Assembly (NCBI GenBank): GCA_038230835.1
Contig: JBBRMM010000011.1
Coordinates: forward strand, 52,529 to 116,528
Length of the DNA: 64,000 bases
Reading direction: 5' to 3'
Origin: Gaiellales bacterium
GTDB lineage: Bacteria > Actinomycetota > Thermoleophilia > Gaiellales > JAICJC01
Both the position numbers and the translations under genes were made by a program. The notes below the pieces were generated by a model, which saw only the letters and a program-made list of their open reading frames with translations, had not been told where the DNA came from and did no database searches. This document shows positions 16,900 to 25,694 of the stretch, one piece after another (positions within the stretch are counted from its first letter, which is position 1; every line of letters begins with the position of its first letter).

Positions 16900-18329
16900 A
16901 CGGAGTGCTCCCGGGCGGGCGCGGGGGTGGACGTGCGGGAGATGAGAGCGATCAGGGCGATCAGGATCCAGGTTGCGGGGTCTTCGAAGAAGGCATTGTA
17001 AAAGAGCGAGCTGGCGAGGATGGCGATGAACGCCGCCAGCAGGGTCAAGCGCACGCCGCGGGGCCCGTCGCCGCGCAGCGCAGCCACCGCCACAGACGCG
17101 ATCAGCGCCAGGTAGAGCGCCAGCCCGAGCGGCCCCTGCTCGGCGAGCACGGTCAGCACCGTCGTGTGCGACGCCGCTGTGCCGACCCGCCAGGGGTGCT
17201 CCGTTCCGGCCAGGGCTGCCCGGGCGAACCCACCCAGGCCGGCCCCGATAACAGGGTGGTGGGCGATCACGCGGTCGGCCAGGCGCACCAGGTGCAGGCG
17301 ATCCGACGTGACCCGGTTGGCGCTGTTGCCCTGGAGTGCGAGCGCGAGCGCGCCTGCGCCGCCGATCGCACCGGCGGCGATCAGCGCGATCGTGGCCCGG
17401 CGCGGCCACAGTCCCGCTCCCAGCGCGAGGACGCCGACCGCCAGCGCCAGCAGGCTCGACTGGGAGTAGGCGAAATACAGCCCGCCGAACACGGCGACCA
17501 TCACCGCCGGCACCCAGTTCGCGGCGCGGCGGTGAATCGCGAGCCCGGCCAGGATGATCAGGGTGACCGCCATGAACCGGCCGTAGATGCTTGGATCCCA
17601 GAACACCGAGTTGACCCGGAAGAACGACTTGTACTGATTGCCGACCTCGACCTTGGGGTTCCAGAAGATGTGGTGTGTGACCTCCTGCCAGAGCGCGATC
17701 GCGGCGAACAGCACACCGAGGCACAGCTGGACCGCGAATGCCCGGCAGAGCAGCGGCGGCCGCAGGTCGAGCGCGCCCAGCCGCGCCAGCAGGATGCCGA
17801 ACGGCAGGTAGAAGAAGAGCATGGTGACGGCGCCCCGATGATCGTCCGCGCTCCACGCCATCGAGAGTGCCGACCAGCCGACGAAGCCGGCCATCGCCCA
17901 GCCCGCTGCGCCCAGACGCGGCGGGCGCTCGACACCTCGAAACAGGTCGTACGCGCTCGCCACAACGCCCGCGGCGGTCACGACGTACAGCGGCACCAGC
18001 AGGTTGGCCGTCGATCCGCCCACGCTGAACGGGATCCGGATCGGCGCCGCCGCCACCACCGCGCACAGAAACAGCCACGGCCAGCGACGGGTGGCGACCG
18101 TTGCCGCCGCGAGGCCGCCGCAGCCGACCATCAGCGCGACCACGCCGAGCAGGGGGCGCGTCGCGAGCGTGTGGCGCACGTGGGTGAGCGGGCTCTGGAG
18201 CAGCGAGATCGCCAGCAGGCCGGCTCCGGACAGCCAGGCGGCGAACCCCAACCGCCGCAGCCGGAGATCCGCCACCGTCAGCAGCGGCACCAGGCCCGCC
18301 GCCCCGATGATCGAGCCGAGGGTGTTCAC
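16896..18329 (-). CDS. O-antigen ligase-like (Wzy_C-like) polytopic membrane protein
   Basis: 477 aa with at least 10 TM segments. It has YSQSSLLALAVGVL and a loop followed by GAGLGGF. GTG start at 18327..18329. Confidence 0.7.
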   Translation of the reverse strand: MNTLGSIIGAAGLVPLLTVADLRLRRLGFAAWLSGAGLLAISLLQSPLTHVRHTLATRPLLGVVALMVGCGGLAAATVATRRWPWLFLCAVVAAAPIRIPFSVGGSTANLLVPLYVVTAAGVVASAYDLFRGVERPPRLGAAGWAMAGFVGWSALSMAWSADDHRGAVTMLFFYLPFGILLARLGALDLRPPLLCRAFAVQLCLGVLFAAIALWQEVTHHIFWNPKVEVGNQYKSFFRVNSVFWDPSIYGRFMAVTLIILAGLAIHRRAANWVPAVMVAVFGGLYFAYSQSSLLALAVGVLALGAGLWPRRATIALIAAGAIGGAGALALALQGNSANRVTSDRLHLVRLADRVIAHHPVIGAGLGGFARAALAGTEHPWRVGTAASHTTVLTVLAEQGPLGLALYLALIASVAVAALRGDGPRGVRLTLLAAFIAILASSLFYNAFFEDPATWILIALIALISRTSTPAPAREHSV

Positions 18330-18994
18330 GCGGTCACCCCGGCCGCCAGCGGCGCCGAGACGTTGCCGGCGGCGTCGACGGCGACGAGCGTCATCCTCGC
18401 GCCCGGCAGCCGATCCCTGGCCGGAACGGCCACGTGCCCGTGGCGGCCGCGCAGGATGGTGCCCGGCGACCCTCCGGCGGGGCGGATCGAGAGGTAGATC
18501 CTCGCCTGCTCGCTGACGTGGTAGTGCACAGGCACCTGGCCGGGAGGACTGAGGAGGGTCAGCGTGGGTGGCGCCGTGTCGAGCACGACCGGGTCGGGGA
18601 TCGTGATCGCGCGTCCGAGCGAGAGCAGATCGACCCGCAGCCGGTAGCGCCCGTCAGCGGCCGGGGCACCGTTCTGCGTCCGCCCGTCCCAGCGCAGCGT
18701 CACACGACCCGCAGGGTATCGACGTCCGCCGGCCGGGGTGAAGGTGCGCACGATGTGTCCGCCGGAGTCCAGGAGCGTCAACTCGAGGGTGGCCGGGGTG
18801 CGCAGGGCGAACCCGAGGGCCGCCGTGCGCACGCAGTGCGGCCCGGGCTTGCAGGTGGTCGACAGGTGCTTGGTGATCCTCGGGGTCGCGACCGGGGATC
18901 GCTCGAGCTTCAGCTGCTCGGCGCGCACGAAGGCGCCGCCTGAGGCGGCGATCAGCACCGCCACGACGGCGTATCCGATCCGGGTGGCGGGCAT
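18326..18994 (-). CDS. Membrane-anchored protein with FlgD-Ig-like beta-sandwich domain
   Basis: N-terminal anchor IGYAVVAVLIAASGGAF. It has LELTLLDSGGHIVRTF...GRVTLRWDGRTQNGAPAADGRYRLRV, typical of FlgD_ig-type domains. Confidence 0.55.
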   Translation of the reverse strand: MPATRIGYAVVAVLIAASGGAFVRAEQLKLERSPVATPRITKHLSTTCKPGPHCVRTAALGFALRTPATLELTLLDSGGHIVRTFTPAGGRRYPAGRVTLRWDGRTQNGAPAADGRYRLRVDLLSLGRAITIPDPVVLDTAPPTLTLLSPPGQVPVHYHVSEQARIYLSIRPAGGSPGTILRGRHGHVAVPARDRLPGARMTLVAVDAAGNVSAPLAAGVTA

Positions 18995-19079
18995 GAGCCG
19001 CGATTCTACGGACTACTCGGTGAGCGCTGCCCCCGGTTGCCCCGTGGCTCACAGCCGGTTCCAATCCGTCCACGAACGC

Positions 19080-19111
19080 CGACGCCCGAAGCGCGAGCGC
19101 TCCGGGCGTCG
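19080..19111 (-). terminator. Possible stem-loop terminator after the TSUP permease gene
   Basis: 9-bp stem cgacgcccg / cgggcgtcg with a structured 14-nt loop, 25 nt downstream of the stop at 19136. No U-tract. Confidence 0.3.
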
Positions 19112-19135
19112 GGTACCGGTGGAACGTGAGGCGGG

Positions 19136-19921
19136 CTACCAGGCGCCCAGCAGCTTGAGGCCGCTGGCTGCAAGCACCGTCGCGATCGAGCCGCGCAGCG
19201 CCTTCTCGTGCATCTTGGCGGTGAAGTGGGAGCCGATCAGGATGCCGGGGATCGAGCCGATCAGGATCGATCCGACCACCGAGTAGTTGGGAGTTCCCCA
19301 GAGCACGGTGGCGAGGCCCGCAGTGACGGTGACCATCGCGCCGTGGAAGACATCGGTACCGACCACCTTGCGCGCGGACAGGGGGAAGATCGTGACCAGC
19401 GCGACGCCGAAGAAGACGCCCGAGCCGACCGAGGTGAGGCCGAGCAGGAAGCCGAAGACCACGCCGATCGAGAGAGCCAGCACCCGATGCCGACGGGTGA
19501 GCGGGCCGTCGGTCGGCAGCTTGGCGTTCTTGAACAGCCCACGGATCGTGACGAAGGTGCGGATGGCGACCATGACTCCGACCAGCACCAGCATGTAGCC
19601 GATCACTTTGGGCAGCCAGGAGTCGATGTTGTGGAAGACGTGGTAGAGCGAGAAGACGCCCACCAGCGCGCCCGGTACCGACCCGGCGCCCATCCACAGC
19701 GCGAGCTCACGGTTGACGTTCTTGAGCTGGGTGTGCCGCGCCGCGCCGAACATCTTGGTGATCGACGCGTAGATCAGGTCGGTGCCGACCGCGGTGCCGG
19801 CGGGGATGCCGAAGAACGAGATCAGGATGGGCGTCATCAGCGAGCCGGCGCCCATTCCGGTCAGCCCCACCAACAGCCCGACGGCCAGGCCCGCCCCTAT
19901 CAGTCCGATATTGATGTCCAT
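19136..19921 (-). CDS. TSUP-family permease (TauE/SafE sulfite/sulfonate exporter family), copy 1
   Basis: 261 aa with 8 TM-like segments. It has GLTGMGAGSLMTPIL and an internal repeat GLTSVGSG. SD GGGGGAGG lies 8 nt upstream. Confidence 0.85.
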   Translation of the reverse strand: MDINIGLIGAGLAVGLLVGLTGMGAGSLMTPILISFFGIPAGTAVGTDLIYASITKMFGAARHTQLKNVNRELALWMGAGSVPGALVGVFSLYHVFHNIDSWLPKVIGYMLVLVGVMVAIRTFVTIRGLFKNAKLPTDGPLTRRHRVLALSIGVVFGFLLGLTSVGSGVFFGVALVTIFPLSARKVVGTDVFHGAMVTVTAGLATVLWGTPNYSVVGSILIGSIPGILIGSHFTAKMHEKALRGSIATVLAASGLKLLGAW

Positions 19922-19982
19922 CGCGCTTGCCTCCCCCTCGAAAAGAGTGCTGGCCGCCTACCGGCCCGCGTTGATTACCACT

Positions 19983-20012
19983 AGCCTAACCGATTTAGTG
20001 GGGAATGCAAGT
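19983..20012 (-). promoter_or_regulatory. Promoter-like element upstream of TSUP copy 1 (TTGCAT-N16-TAGGCT), containing the shared 16-nt motif
   Basis: The minus strand reads ACTTGCATTCCCCACT AAATCGGT TAGGCT. The first 16 nt are identical to the motif upstream of copy 2. Confidence 0.45.
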
Positions 20013-20050
20013 GGGTAAACAGAAATTTCTTCACCGCTTGCAGCGAACCC

Positions 20051-20851
20051 TCAGCCGAACAGGCCGAGCAGCTTCATGCCGGAGAGCGCCAGCACCGCTG
20101 AGAGCGAGCCTCTCAGCGCCCGTTCGGGCAGTTTGACCGAAAGTTGCGCTCCGACGAGAATCCCGGGGATCGAGCCGAGCATCAGGAACCCGATGCTGGA
20201 GAACGCGATCGAGGGCAGGAAGAAGTACGCCGCGGTGGCGGCCGCGATGGTGACCAGCGCGCCGTGGAAGAGGTCGGTGCCGACCACCTTCAGCGTCGAC
20301 AGCGGAAACAGCGTGAGCAGGGCCATGCCGAAGAACGCTCCGGCTCCGACAGAGGTCAGACCAAAGACGAACCCGAACACGAGGCCGATCGCCATCGCCA
20401 GCACCCGGTGGCGGCGATTCAACGGCCCGTCCTTGGGGATGTTGTCGGTGAAGATCGCCCGCAGCGTGAAGAACGTTCGGACCGCGACCGCAATTGCCAC
20501 CAGGATCAGGGCGTAGCCGATCACGTCCTTGATGTCTGCCTGGACGGCCTTGCCCTCGGAAGCGGCCAGCCGGTGCAGCGTGTACACGCCGGCGACAGAC
20601 GCCGGCACGCTGCCCACCGCCATGTAGACGGCGAGCTCGCGATGCACGGTGTTCAGGGTCAGGTGGCGCACGCCGCCGACCAGCTTGGTGCCGGCCGAGT
20701 ACAGCAGGTCGGTGCCCACGGCGGCCACCGCGCCGACGTTGAACACGGTGATCAGGATCGGCGCCATCAGCGATCCGGCGCCCATACCTGTGGCACCGAT
20801 CAGCAGGCCGACGACCAGTCCGGCCAGGGTGAGCTTCTCGTTCAGTCCCAC
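20051..20851 (-). CDS. TSUP-family permease (TauE/SafE family), copy 2
   Basis: ORF 20051..20875. I prefer the GTG at 20849..20851 because GAGG lies 5 nt upstream and the N-terminus then aligns in length with copy 1 (VGLNEKLTLAGLVVGLLIGATGMGAGSLMAPIL). Confidence 0.85.
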   Translation of the reverse strand: MGLNEKLTLAGLVVGLLIGATGMGAGSLMAPILITVFNVGAVAAVGTDLLYSAGTKLVGGVRHLTLNTVHRELAVYMAVGSVPASVAGVYTLHRLAASEGKAVQADIKDVIGYALILVAIAVAVRTFFTLRAIFTDNIPKDGPLNRRHRVLAMAIGLVFGFVFGLTSVGAGAFFGMALLTLFPLSTLKVVGTDLFHGALVTIAAATAAYFFLPSIAFSSIGFLMLGSIPGILVGAQLSVKLPERALRGSLSAVLALSGMKLLGLFG

Positions 20852-20861
20852 GATTGCCTCA

Positions 20862-20891
20862 AATATAAGCGGCAAAGTGGGGAATGCAAGT
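20862..20891 (-). promoter_or_regulatory. Promoter-like element upstream of TSUP copy 2 (TTGCAT-N16-TATATT), containing the shared 16-nt motif
   Basis: The minus strand reads ACTTGCATTCCCCACT TTGCCGCT TATATT TGAGGCAATC GTG. It sits directly after the sat terminator hairpin. Confidence 0.45.
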
Positions 20892-20894
20892 TAG

Positions 20895-20928
20895 CCTGCC
20901 GCCCACACCATCCGGTGTGGGCGGCAGG
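20895..20928 (-). terminator. Stem-loop terminator after sat
   Basis: Perfect 15-bp stem cctgccgcccacacc / ggtgtgggcggcagg with loop atcc, 8 nt downstream of the sat stop (20936). No U-tract. Confidence 0.6.
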
Positions 20929-20935
20929 AACCGGC

Positions 20936-22105
20936 TCAGCTCTTGCTGCGGTAGGCCTCGATCAGCACCTGCGCCACCTCGGGCCGGGTGAACTCGACCG
21001 GCGGGATCTCCCCGTTTCCGAGCATCTCCCGCACCTTGGTGCCCGAAAGGAACACGTGGTGCTCCTGGGGATGAGGGCAGGTCTTGTTGGAAGCCATGTT
21101 GCCGCACGTGCGGCAGAAGAACGTGTGGTCGAAGAACATCGGCTCGATGTCCAGCTCGTGCGGCTCGAACTCGTCGAAGATGTAGTGGGCGTCGTAGGTG
21201 CCGTAGTAGCTGCCCACTCCGGCATGGTCGCGACCGACGATGAAGTGCGAGCAGCCGTAGTTCTTACGGCAGATCGCGTGCCACACCGCTTCCCGCGGGC
21301 CGGCATAGCGCATTGCCGCCGGAAACACTCCGAGGAGCGTGCGGTCGGGCGGGTAGTAGCCCTCGAGCAGCACGTCGTAGCAGCGCATGCGAACGTCTGC
21401 AGGGATGTCGTCGCCCTTGGTCTTGCCCACCAGGGGATGCAGCAGCAGGCCGTCCACCGTCTCCAGTGCGCACTTCTGCACGTGCTCGTGCGCGCGGTGC
21501 ACCGGATTGCGGGTCTGGAAGCCGACCACTCGGCTCCAGCCACGCTCGGCGAAGATCCGCCGGGTGTCGACGGGGTCGAGCGTGGCGGCCGGGAAGGCAG
21601 GCTCAGGTCGTTTGAACACCGTCACCGGGCCACCGACGAGGGTCGACCCCTCGGCGTAGATCTGCGCCACGCCGGGGTGCGCCTCGTCCGTCGTGCGGTA
21701 GACCTTGGCGGCCTCGTTCTCGCGGTCGGCCTGGAACACCTCGGCCACCTTGAGCACGGCCAGCAGATCCCCCTCGTAGCCTTCGAGCGCGATCCGCCCG
21801 CCGCTGGGCGCAGTCTCCACGGCCAGCGTGACCGGGATCGCCCAGGGAAGACCGTTCTCGAGGTGCATGTGCTCGACCGAGCCGGTGTAGTCGGCGCTGG
21901 TCATGAAGCCGGTCAGCGGCGAGAGTGCCCCCGACGCGATCATGTCCAGATCTGCGGTCTGCTTCTCGGTCATGCGCACCCGCGGCAGCGATGCGGCCTC
22001 CGCGGCCAGGGCGGCGGCTTCGTCACCGCTCACCGTGCGGTCGACGAGTTCCCCGCCGTGGGGAGCGATCAGGTGGCTCTTCTTGGTCTCGGTCGCACCT
22101 GTCAT
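20936..22105 (-). CDS. sat: Sulfate adenylyltransferase (ATP sulfurylase, homo-oligomeric Sat type)
   Basis: ATG at 22103..22105 (MTGATETKK) inside ORF 20936..22639. Motifs: VGFQTRNPVHRAHE, GRDHAGVG, PUA-like N-terminal domain. Confidence 0.93.
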   Translation of the reverse strand: MTGATETKKSHLIAPHGGELVDRTVSGDEAAALAAEAASLPRVRMTEKQTADLDMIASGALSPLTGFMTSADYTGSVEHMHLENGLPWAIPVTLAVETAPSGGRIALEGYEGDLLAVLKVAEVFQADRENEAAKVYRTTDEAHPGVAQIYAEGSTLVGGPVTVFKRPEPAFPAATLDPVDTRRIFAERGWSRVVGFQTRNPVHRAHEHVQKCALETVDGLLLHPLVGKTKGDDIPADVRMRCYDVLLEGYYPPDRTLLGVFPAAMRYAGPREAVWHAICRKNYGCSHFIVGRDHAGVGSYYGTYDAHYIFDEFEPHELDIEPMFFDHTFFCRTCGNMASNKTCPHPQEHHVFLSGTKVREMLGNGEIPPVEFTRPEVAQVLIEAYRSKS

Positions 22106-22668
22106 CAGGCGACGGCCTCTTCTCGGGCGGGCTCCAGAAATCCGAGCCGCTCCAGCTCCCCGATCACGTACTCGGCCGACTGCTCGGGCGATCGGCCCTC
22201 GGTCTCGACCGTGATCTCGGGGTTCTCGGGTGCCTCGTACGGGTCCGAAATGCCGGTGAACTCCTTGATCTCGCCCGAGCGCGCCTTTGCGTACAGGCCC
22301 TTCAGGTCGCGTCGCTCGCATTCCTCCAGCGACGTGGCGACGAAGATCTCGACGAAACGGGTGTCGATCATCTCGCGCACCATGTCGCGGGTCTCGGAGT
22401 ACGGCGAGATGGCCGCGCAGATCACGCAGGCGCCGTGGCGCGTCAGCAGCTTCGCCACGAAGCCGATGCGCAGGATGTTCGTGTCGCGGTCCTCGCGTGA
22501 GAAGCCGAGGCCCTTGGACAGGTTGGTGCGGACGACGTCGCCGTCCAGGTGCTCGACCAGCACGCCGCGCCGCTCGATCTCGGGGCCGATGATCTGGGCG
22601 ATGGTGCTCTTGCCCGATCCCGACAACCCCGTGAACCACAGGGTGAATCCGGTGTGTTCGTGTGTCAC
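22105..22668 (-). CDS. cysC: Adenylylsulfate (APS) kinase
   Basis: GTG at 22666..22668 with AGGA 9 nt upstream. P-loop [31 protein letters not shown]-like segment. The stop overlaps the sat start by 1 nt. Confidence 0.92.
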   Translation of the reverse strand: MTHEHTGFTLWFTGLSGSGKSTIAQIIGPEIERRGVLVEHLDGDVVRTNLSKGLGFSREDRDTNILRIGFVAKLLTRHGACVICAAISPYSETRDMVREMIDTRFVEIFVATSLEECERRDLKGLYAKARSGEIKEFTGISDPYEAPENPEITVETEGRSPEQSAEYVIGELERLGFLEPAREEAVA

Positions 22669-22711
22669 TTCAGTGTTCCTTTCATCGATTGCCCACGGAT
22701 GGATCTCGGCG

Positions 22712-23401
22712 CTACCGGGCGTGCAGCCCGCACTCCACCTTGCCGGTGCCACGCCACCGTCCCGACCGCTCGTCGGCAGCCGCCCCGCCTGCGGAGCTGG
22801 TGCACGGGATGCAGCCGATCGACGGATACCCGTGGTCGTGCAGAGTGTTGTAGGGGATGCTGTGCCTCCAGATGTATCGCCACACGTCGCGGCTCGTCCA
22901 GTCTGCAAGTGGCTGGACCTTCACCACACCACGCCGTTCGTCCATCTCGATTTTGCGTGCATTCTGCCTCGTTGTCGACTGTTCGCGTCGAATTCCTGTC
23001 ACCCAAGCGTCCATTCCCTCCAATGCGCGCTCGAGCGGTGCGACCTTGCGGATCCCGCAGCATGCGTCGGGATCGCGCTCCCAGAGCCGATCTCCGTGCT
23101 CCTTGGCCTGCTCGTCGACGGTCAATTCGGGGTCGATTCTCTCGAAGTTTATCGGATAACGGGAGATTAACTTCTTCCGCGTCTCGTAGGTCTCCGGGAA
23201 CAGCAGACCGGTGTCGAACTCGACCACGCGCATGCTCGGTGCGATCTCGGACACCATGTGCACCAGCACGGAGCTCTGCTTCTGCCAGGAGCACGTGAGC
23301 AGGATCCGCTCGCCGAAGCGGTCGGCCGCCCACTCCAGTACGCGCTCGGCGCTCAGCGGCTCAAGCTCGTCCGCGACGCGGTCGATCTCGACGGCGGTCA
23401 T
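22712..23401 (-). CDS. cysH: Adenylylsulfate (APS) reductase, thioredoxin-dependent CysH type with Fe-S cysteines
   Basis: ATG at 23399..23401 (MTAVEID). PAPS_reduct fold with CC ([10 protein letters not shown]) plus CxxC (SIGCIPCT) and C-terminal ECGLH. The Cys pairs mark the APS-using, 4Fe-4S subclass. Confidence 0.88.
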   Translation of the reverse strand: MTAVEIDRVADELEPLSAERVLEWAADRFGERILLTCSWQKQSSVLVHMVSEIAPSMRVVEFDTGLLFPETYETRKKLISRYPINFERIDPELTVDEQAKEHGDRLWERDPDACCGIRKVAPLERALEGMDAWVTGIRREQSTTRQNARKIEMDERRGVVKVQPLADWTSRDVWRYIWRHSIPYNTLHDHGYPSIGCIPCTSSAGGAAADERSGRWRGTGKVECGLHAR

Positions 23402-23415
23402 GGGCAGGGTGCGGC

Positions 23416-24195
23416 TCACGTGCGGGCCGGGAGATCCCGCAGCAGAAGGTCGGCCATGGTGTCGGATCGCAGACCCAGACGGAGGGTCTCGAGCGGGATC
23501 ACCTCTTCGGGAGGGATGTTCCCCAGATTGACCTCGGCCCCCAGGTGGCGGATGAACCACGCCTGCTGTTCCTTCTGGGGCGCCTCGAAGAGCAGGTTGT
23601 CCACCGGGATCTCGTGCACGATCTCGTCGATCAAGCCGCTTCTGACCTCACCCGTGCCGCGGAAGATGCCGGCGGTGCCGCCCTCGCGCGCCTCTGTGAT
23701 CACCTTGACTGCGCCGGCGGCCAACTCCTCCTTGATCCACACCACCCACTGATACGGCGCGAAGATGCACTCGCTGTCCTTCGACCCGACCTCGGACAGC
23801 ACGACGAACTCCTGCGCGAGGGACGAGATCAGCTCGAGCTTCGAGTCGCGCTCGATCTGGATCGTGCCGTCGGACACCTCGACGTGTGTGAACCCGTGGG
23901 TGGTGGTCCAGCGGCGGAACTCATCCACCTTGCCACGGGCGATCGCCGCCTCCAGCAGGGTGCCGCCGCACATCACGGGGATTCCGGCCTGCTGGTACAG
24001 GCGCAGCTTGTCGACCAGGTTGCGCGTCACGTACGACGTGCCCCAGCCCAGCTTGACGATGTCGACGTAGTCGCCGGCGGAGTCCAGCAGCCCCTCCACC
24101 TCGGACAGCGTGAGACCCTTGTCGATCACGTGCGTCCAGCCGCGTTCGCGTGGTTTGGCCGGGCGCATCGGCAGACCCAGGAATTCTTCGACCAT
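23416..24195 (-). CDS. comA: (2R)-phospho-3-sulfolactate synthase (ComA family)
   Basis: 259 aa. Close by-eye match to archaeal ComA landmarks: VIDKGL, DYVDIVKLGWGTS, GGTLLE, VEVSDG, FEAPQKEQQAWFI, VNLGNI, EVIPLETLRLGLRSDT. Confidence 0.88.
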   Translation of the reverse strand: MVEEFLGLPMRPAKPRERGWTHVIDKGLTLSEVEGLLDSAGDYVDIVKLGWGTSYVTRNLVDKLRLYQQAGIPVMCGGTLLEAAIARGKVDEFRRWTTTHGFTHVEVSDGTIQIERDSKLELISSLAQEFVVLSEVGSKDSECIFAPYQWVVWIKEELAAGAVKVITEAREGGTAGIFRGTGEVRSGLIDEIVHEIPVDNLLFEAPQKEQQAWFIRHLGAEVNLGNIPPEEVIPLETLRLGLRSDTMADLLLRDLPART

Positions 24196-24210
24196 CAGCG
24201 ATGCCTCCCG

Positions 24211-24795
24211 CTAGAGCTTTGCGTAGATGGAGTCTTCGAGGCGCCTGCGCGCCTCGACCTGGACGTTCTCGTAGAGCGATTCGCCGTGTGTGTCCATGCC
24301 GACGATCAGCGGCCCGAAGTCGCGCACCCGGAACTTCCACAGGCACTCGGGCATCAGGTCTTCCCACTCGACCTGCTCGATCTCCTCGATCTGGGTCGTC
24401 TCGAGCGCCGCTGCGCCGCCGACGATCGCCAGGTAGACGCCGCCGTGCGCCCGCAGCGGCTCCAGCGCCTCGGGCAGCAGGCCGCCCTTGCCGATGATCG
24501 CCCTGGCCTGGTGGTCGCGCACCAGGCCCTCGGTGAACCGGCTCATCCGGGCCGACGTGGTGGTGCCGATGCACATCGGCTCGTACCGTCCGTCGCCGAG
24601 CTTCCGCACGTTGGGGGCCGTGTGCAGGAGGGCGGCGCCCTGGAGCGGGATTGGGGGCTGTTGGCCGTTGTCGAAGATCCGGATCTGGGTTGCGTCACGG
24701 ATCCCGATGATGTGCCCCTGGATGGTCACGGTGTCACCGGCGCGCAGTCCGCGGACGGTCGCCTCGTCGGTGGGGAAGGTGATCTCGTGGTGCAT
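24211..24795 (-). CDS. Class I (Fe-S) fumarate hydratase / tartrate dehydratase family, beta subunit (Fumerase_C)
   Basis: ATG at 24793..24795 (MHHEITF) in ORF 24211..24867. GDTVTIQGHIIGIRDATQ and IIGKGGL. The start overlaps the alpha-subunit stop by 1 nt. Confidence 0.85.
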   Translation of the reverse strand: MHHEITFPTDEATVRGLRAGDTVTIQGHIIGIRDATQIRIFDNGQQPPIPLQGAALLHTAPNVRKLGDGRYEPMCIGTTTSARMSRFTEGLVRDHQARAIIGKGGLLPEALEPLRAHGGVYLAIVGGAAALETTQIEEIEQVEWEDLMPECLWKFRVRDFGPLIVGMDTHGESLYENVQVEARRRLEDSIYAKL

Positions 24796-25694
24796 CAGGC
24801 CTCCCGATCCCAGTCGACGCTGCCGTCGGCGGTGATGTGGACGCTCGCCCGACGTGCGGCCCAGCACTGGTAGTTGACCGCCACTGGATTCAGGGTGATG
24901 TGCGTGTGCGCCTGCTCGACATGCACGGCAAGCACCGTGGTGTCGCCGCCCAGCCCCATCGGTCCCACGCCGGTCTCGTTCAGCAGCACGAACAGCTCGG
25001 TCTCGAGCCCCGCCACGTCCGGGTCAGCGTTCTGGGTGCCGACCGGCCGGGCGATCGCCTCCTTGGCCAGGTGCATGGCGAGGTCGGCCGAACCGCCGAT
25101 GCCGACGCCCACGATCCCCGGCGGGCACGGCTTGCCGCCCGCCCCGACGATCGAGTCGAGCACGAAGCGCTTGATCGCCTTCACGCCGTCGGCCGGCACC
25201 AGCATCTTCAGAAAGCTCATGTTCTCGGAGCCCGAGCCCTTGGGGACGCACTTGACGTCCAGGCCGTCCCAGTCGGGCACGAAATCCCAGTGGATGTGCG
25301 GGATCCGGTGGCCGGTGTTGTCCCCGGTCGGCTTGCGGGTCAGGGTGTGCACCGTGTTCGAGCGCAGCGGATGTTCGAGCGTCGCCCGCCGCGTGCCCTC
25401 TCGCAGCGCCGCCTCGATCCGCACCGGGTGGAGGCCGAAGCGCTCGCCCACGCGCACGTAGTAGACCGCGATGCCGGTGTCCTGGCAGACGAGGTTCTTG
25501 CGCTCGTCAGCCACCTCGACATTGGTGTTGATCGTCTCCAGGATCCGCTTTCCCACCTTGTGCGTCTCGCGCTCCATGGCATCCTTCAGGGCGTCGCGGA
25601 GATCCTGGGGGATGTCCTTGAGCGCCCACACGTACAGGTGCGCCGCGGCATCCTCCACCACCTGCGCCAGGTTGGTCTCGACGGTCGTCGTCAT
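24795..25694 (-). CDS. Class I (Fe-S) fumarate hydratase / tartrate dehydratase family, alpha subunit
   Basis: ATG at 25692..25694 (MTTTVETN) in ORF 24795..26837. LVCQDTGIAVYYV, PKGSGSENMS, GIVGVGIGGS. Confidence 0.85.
   Translation of the reverse strand: MTTTVETNLAQVVEDAAAHLYVWALKDIPQDLRDALKDAMERETHKVGKRILETINTNVEVADERKNLVCQDTGIAVYYVRVGERFGLHPVRIEAALREGTRRATLEHPLRSNTVHTLTRKPTGDNTGHRIPHIHWDFVPDWDGLDVKCVPKGSGSENMSFLKMLVPADGVKAIKRFVLDSIVGAGGKPCPPGIVGVGIGGSADLAMHLAKEAIARPVGTQNADPDVAGLETELFVLLNETGVGPMGLGGDTTVLAVHVEQAHTHITLNPVAVNYQCWAARRASVHITADGSVDWDREA

Noticed and set aside
20873-20875. The TTG start proposed by the ORF track for TSUP copy 2.
   Set aside because: The GTG at 20849..20851 has GAGG 5 nt upstream and gives an N-terminus colinear with copy 1. 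The TTG would lie inside the promoter-like element.
20144-23170. The longest ORF in the window (1008 aa, plus strand).
   Set aside because: It runs antisense across TSUP copy 2, sat, cysC and cysH, all of which have strong family motifs. Its translation is Arg/Gly/Ala/Pro/His-rich low complexity with no recognisable domain. This is a typical GC-rich shadow ORF.
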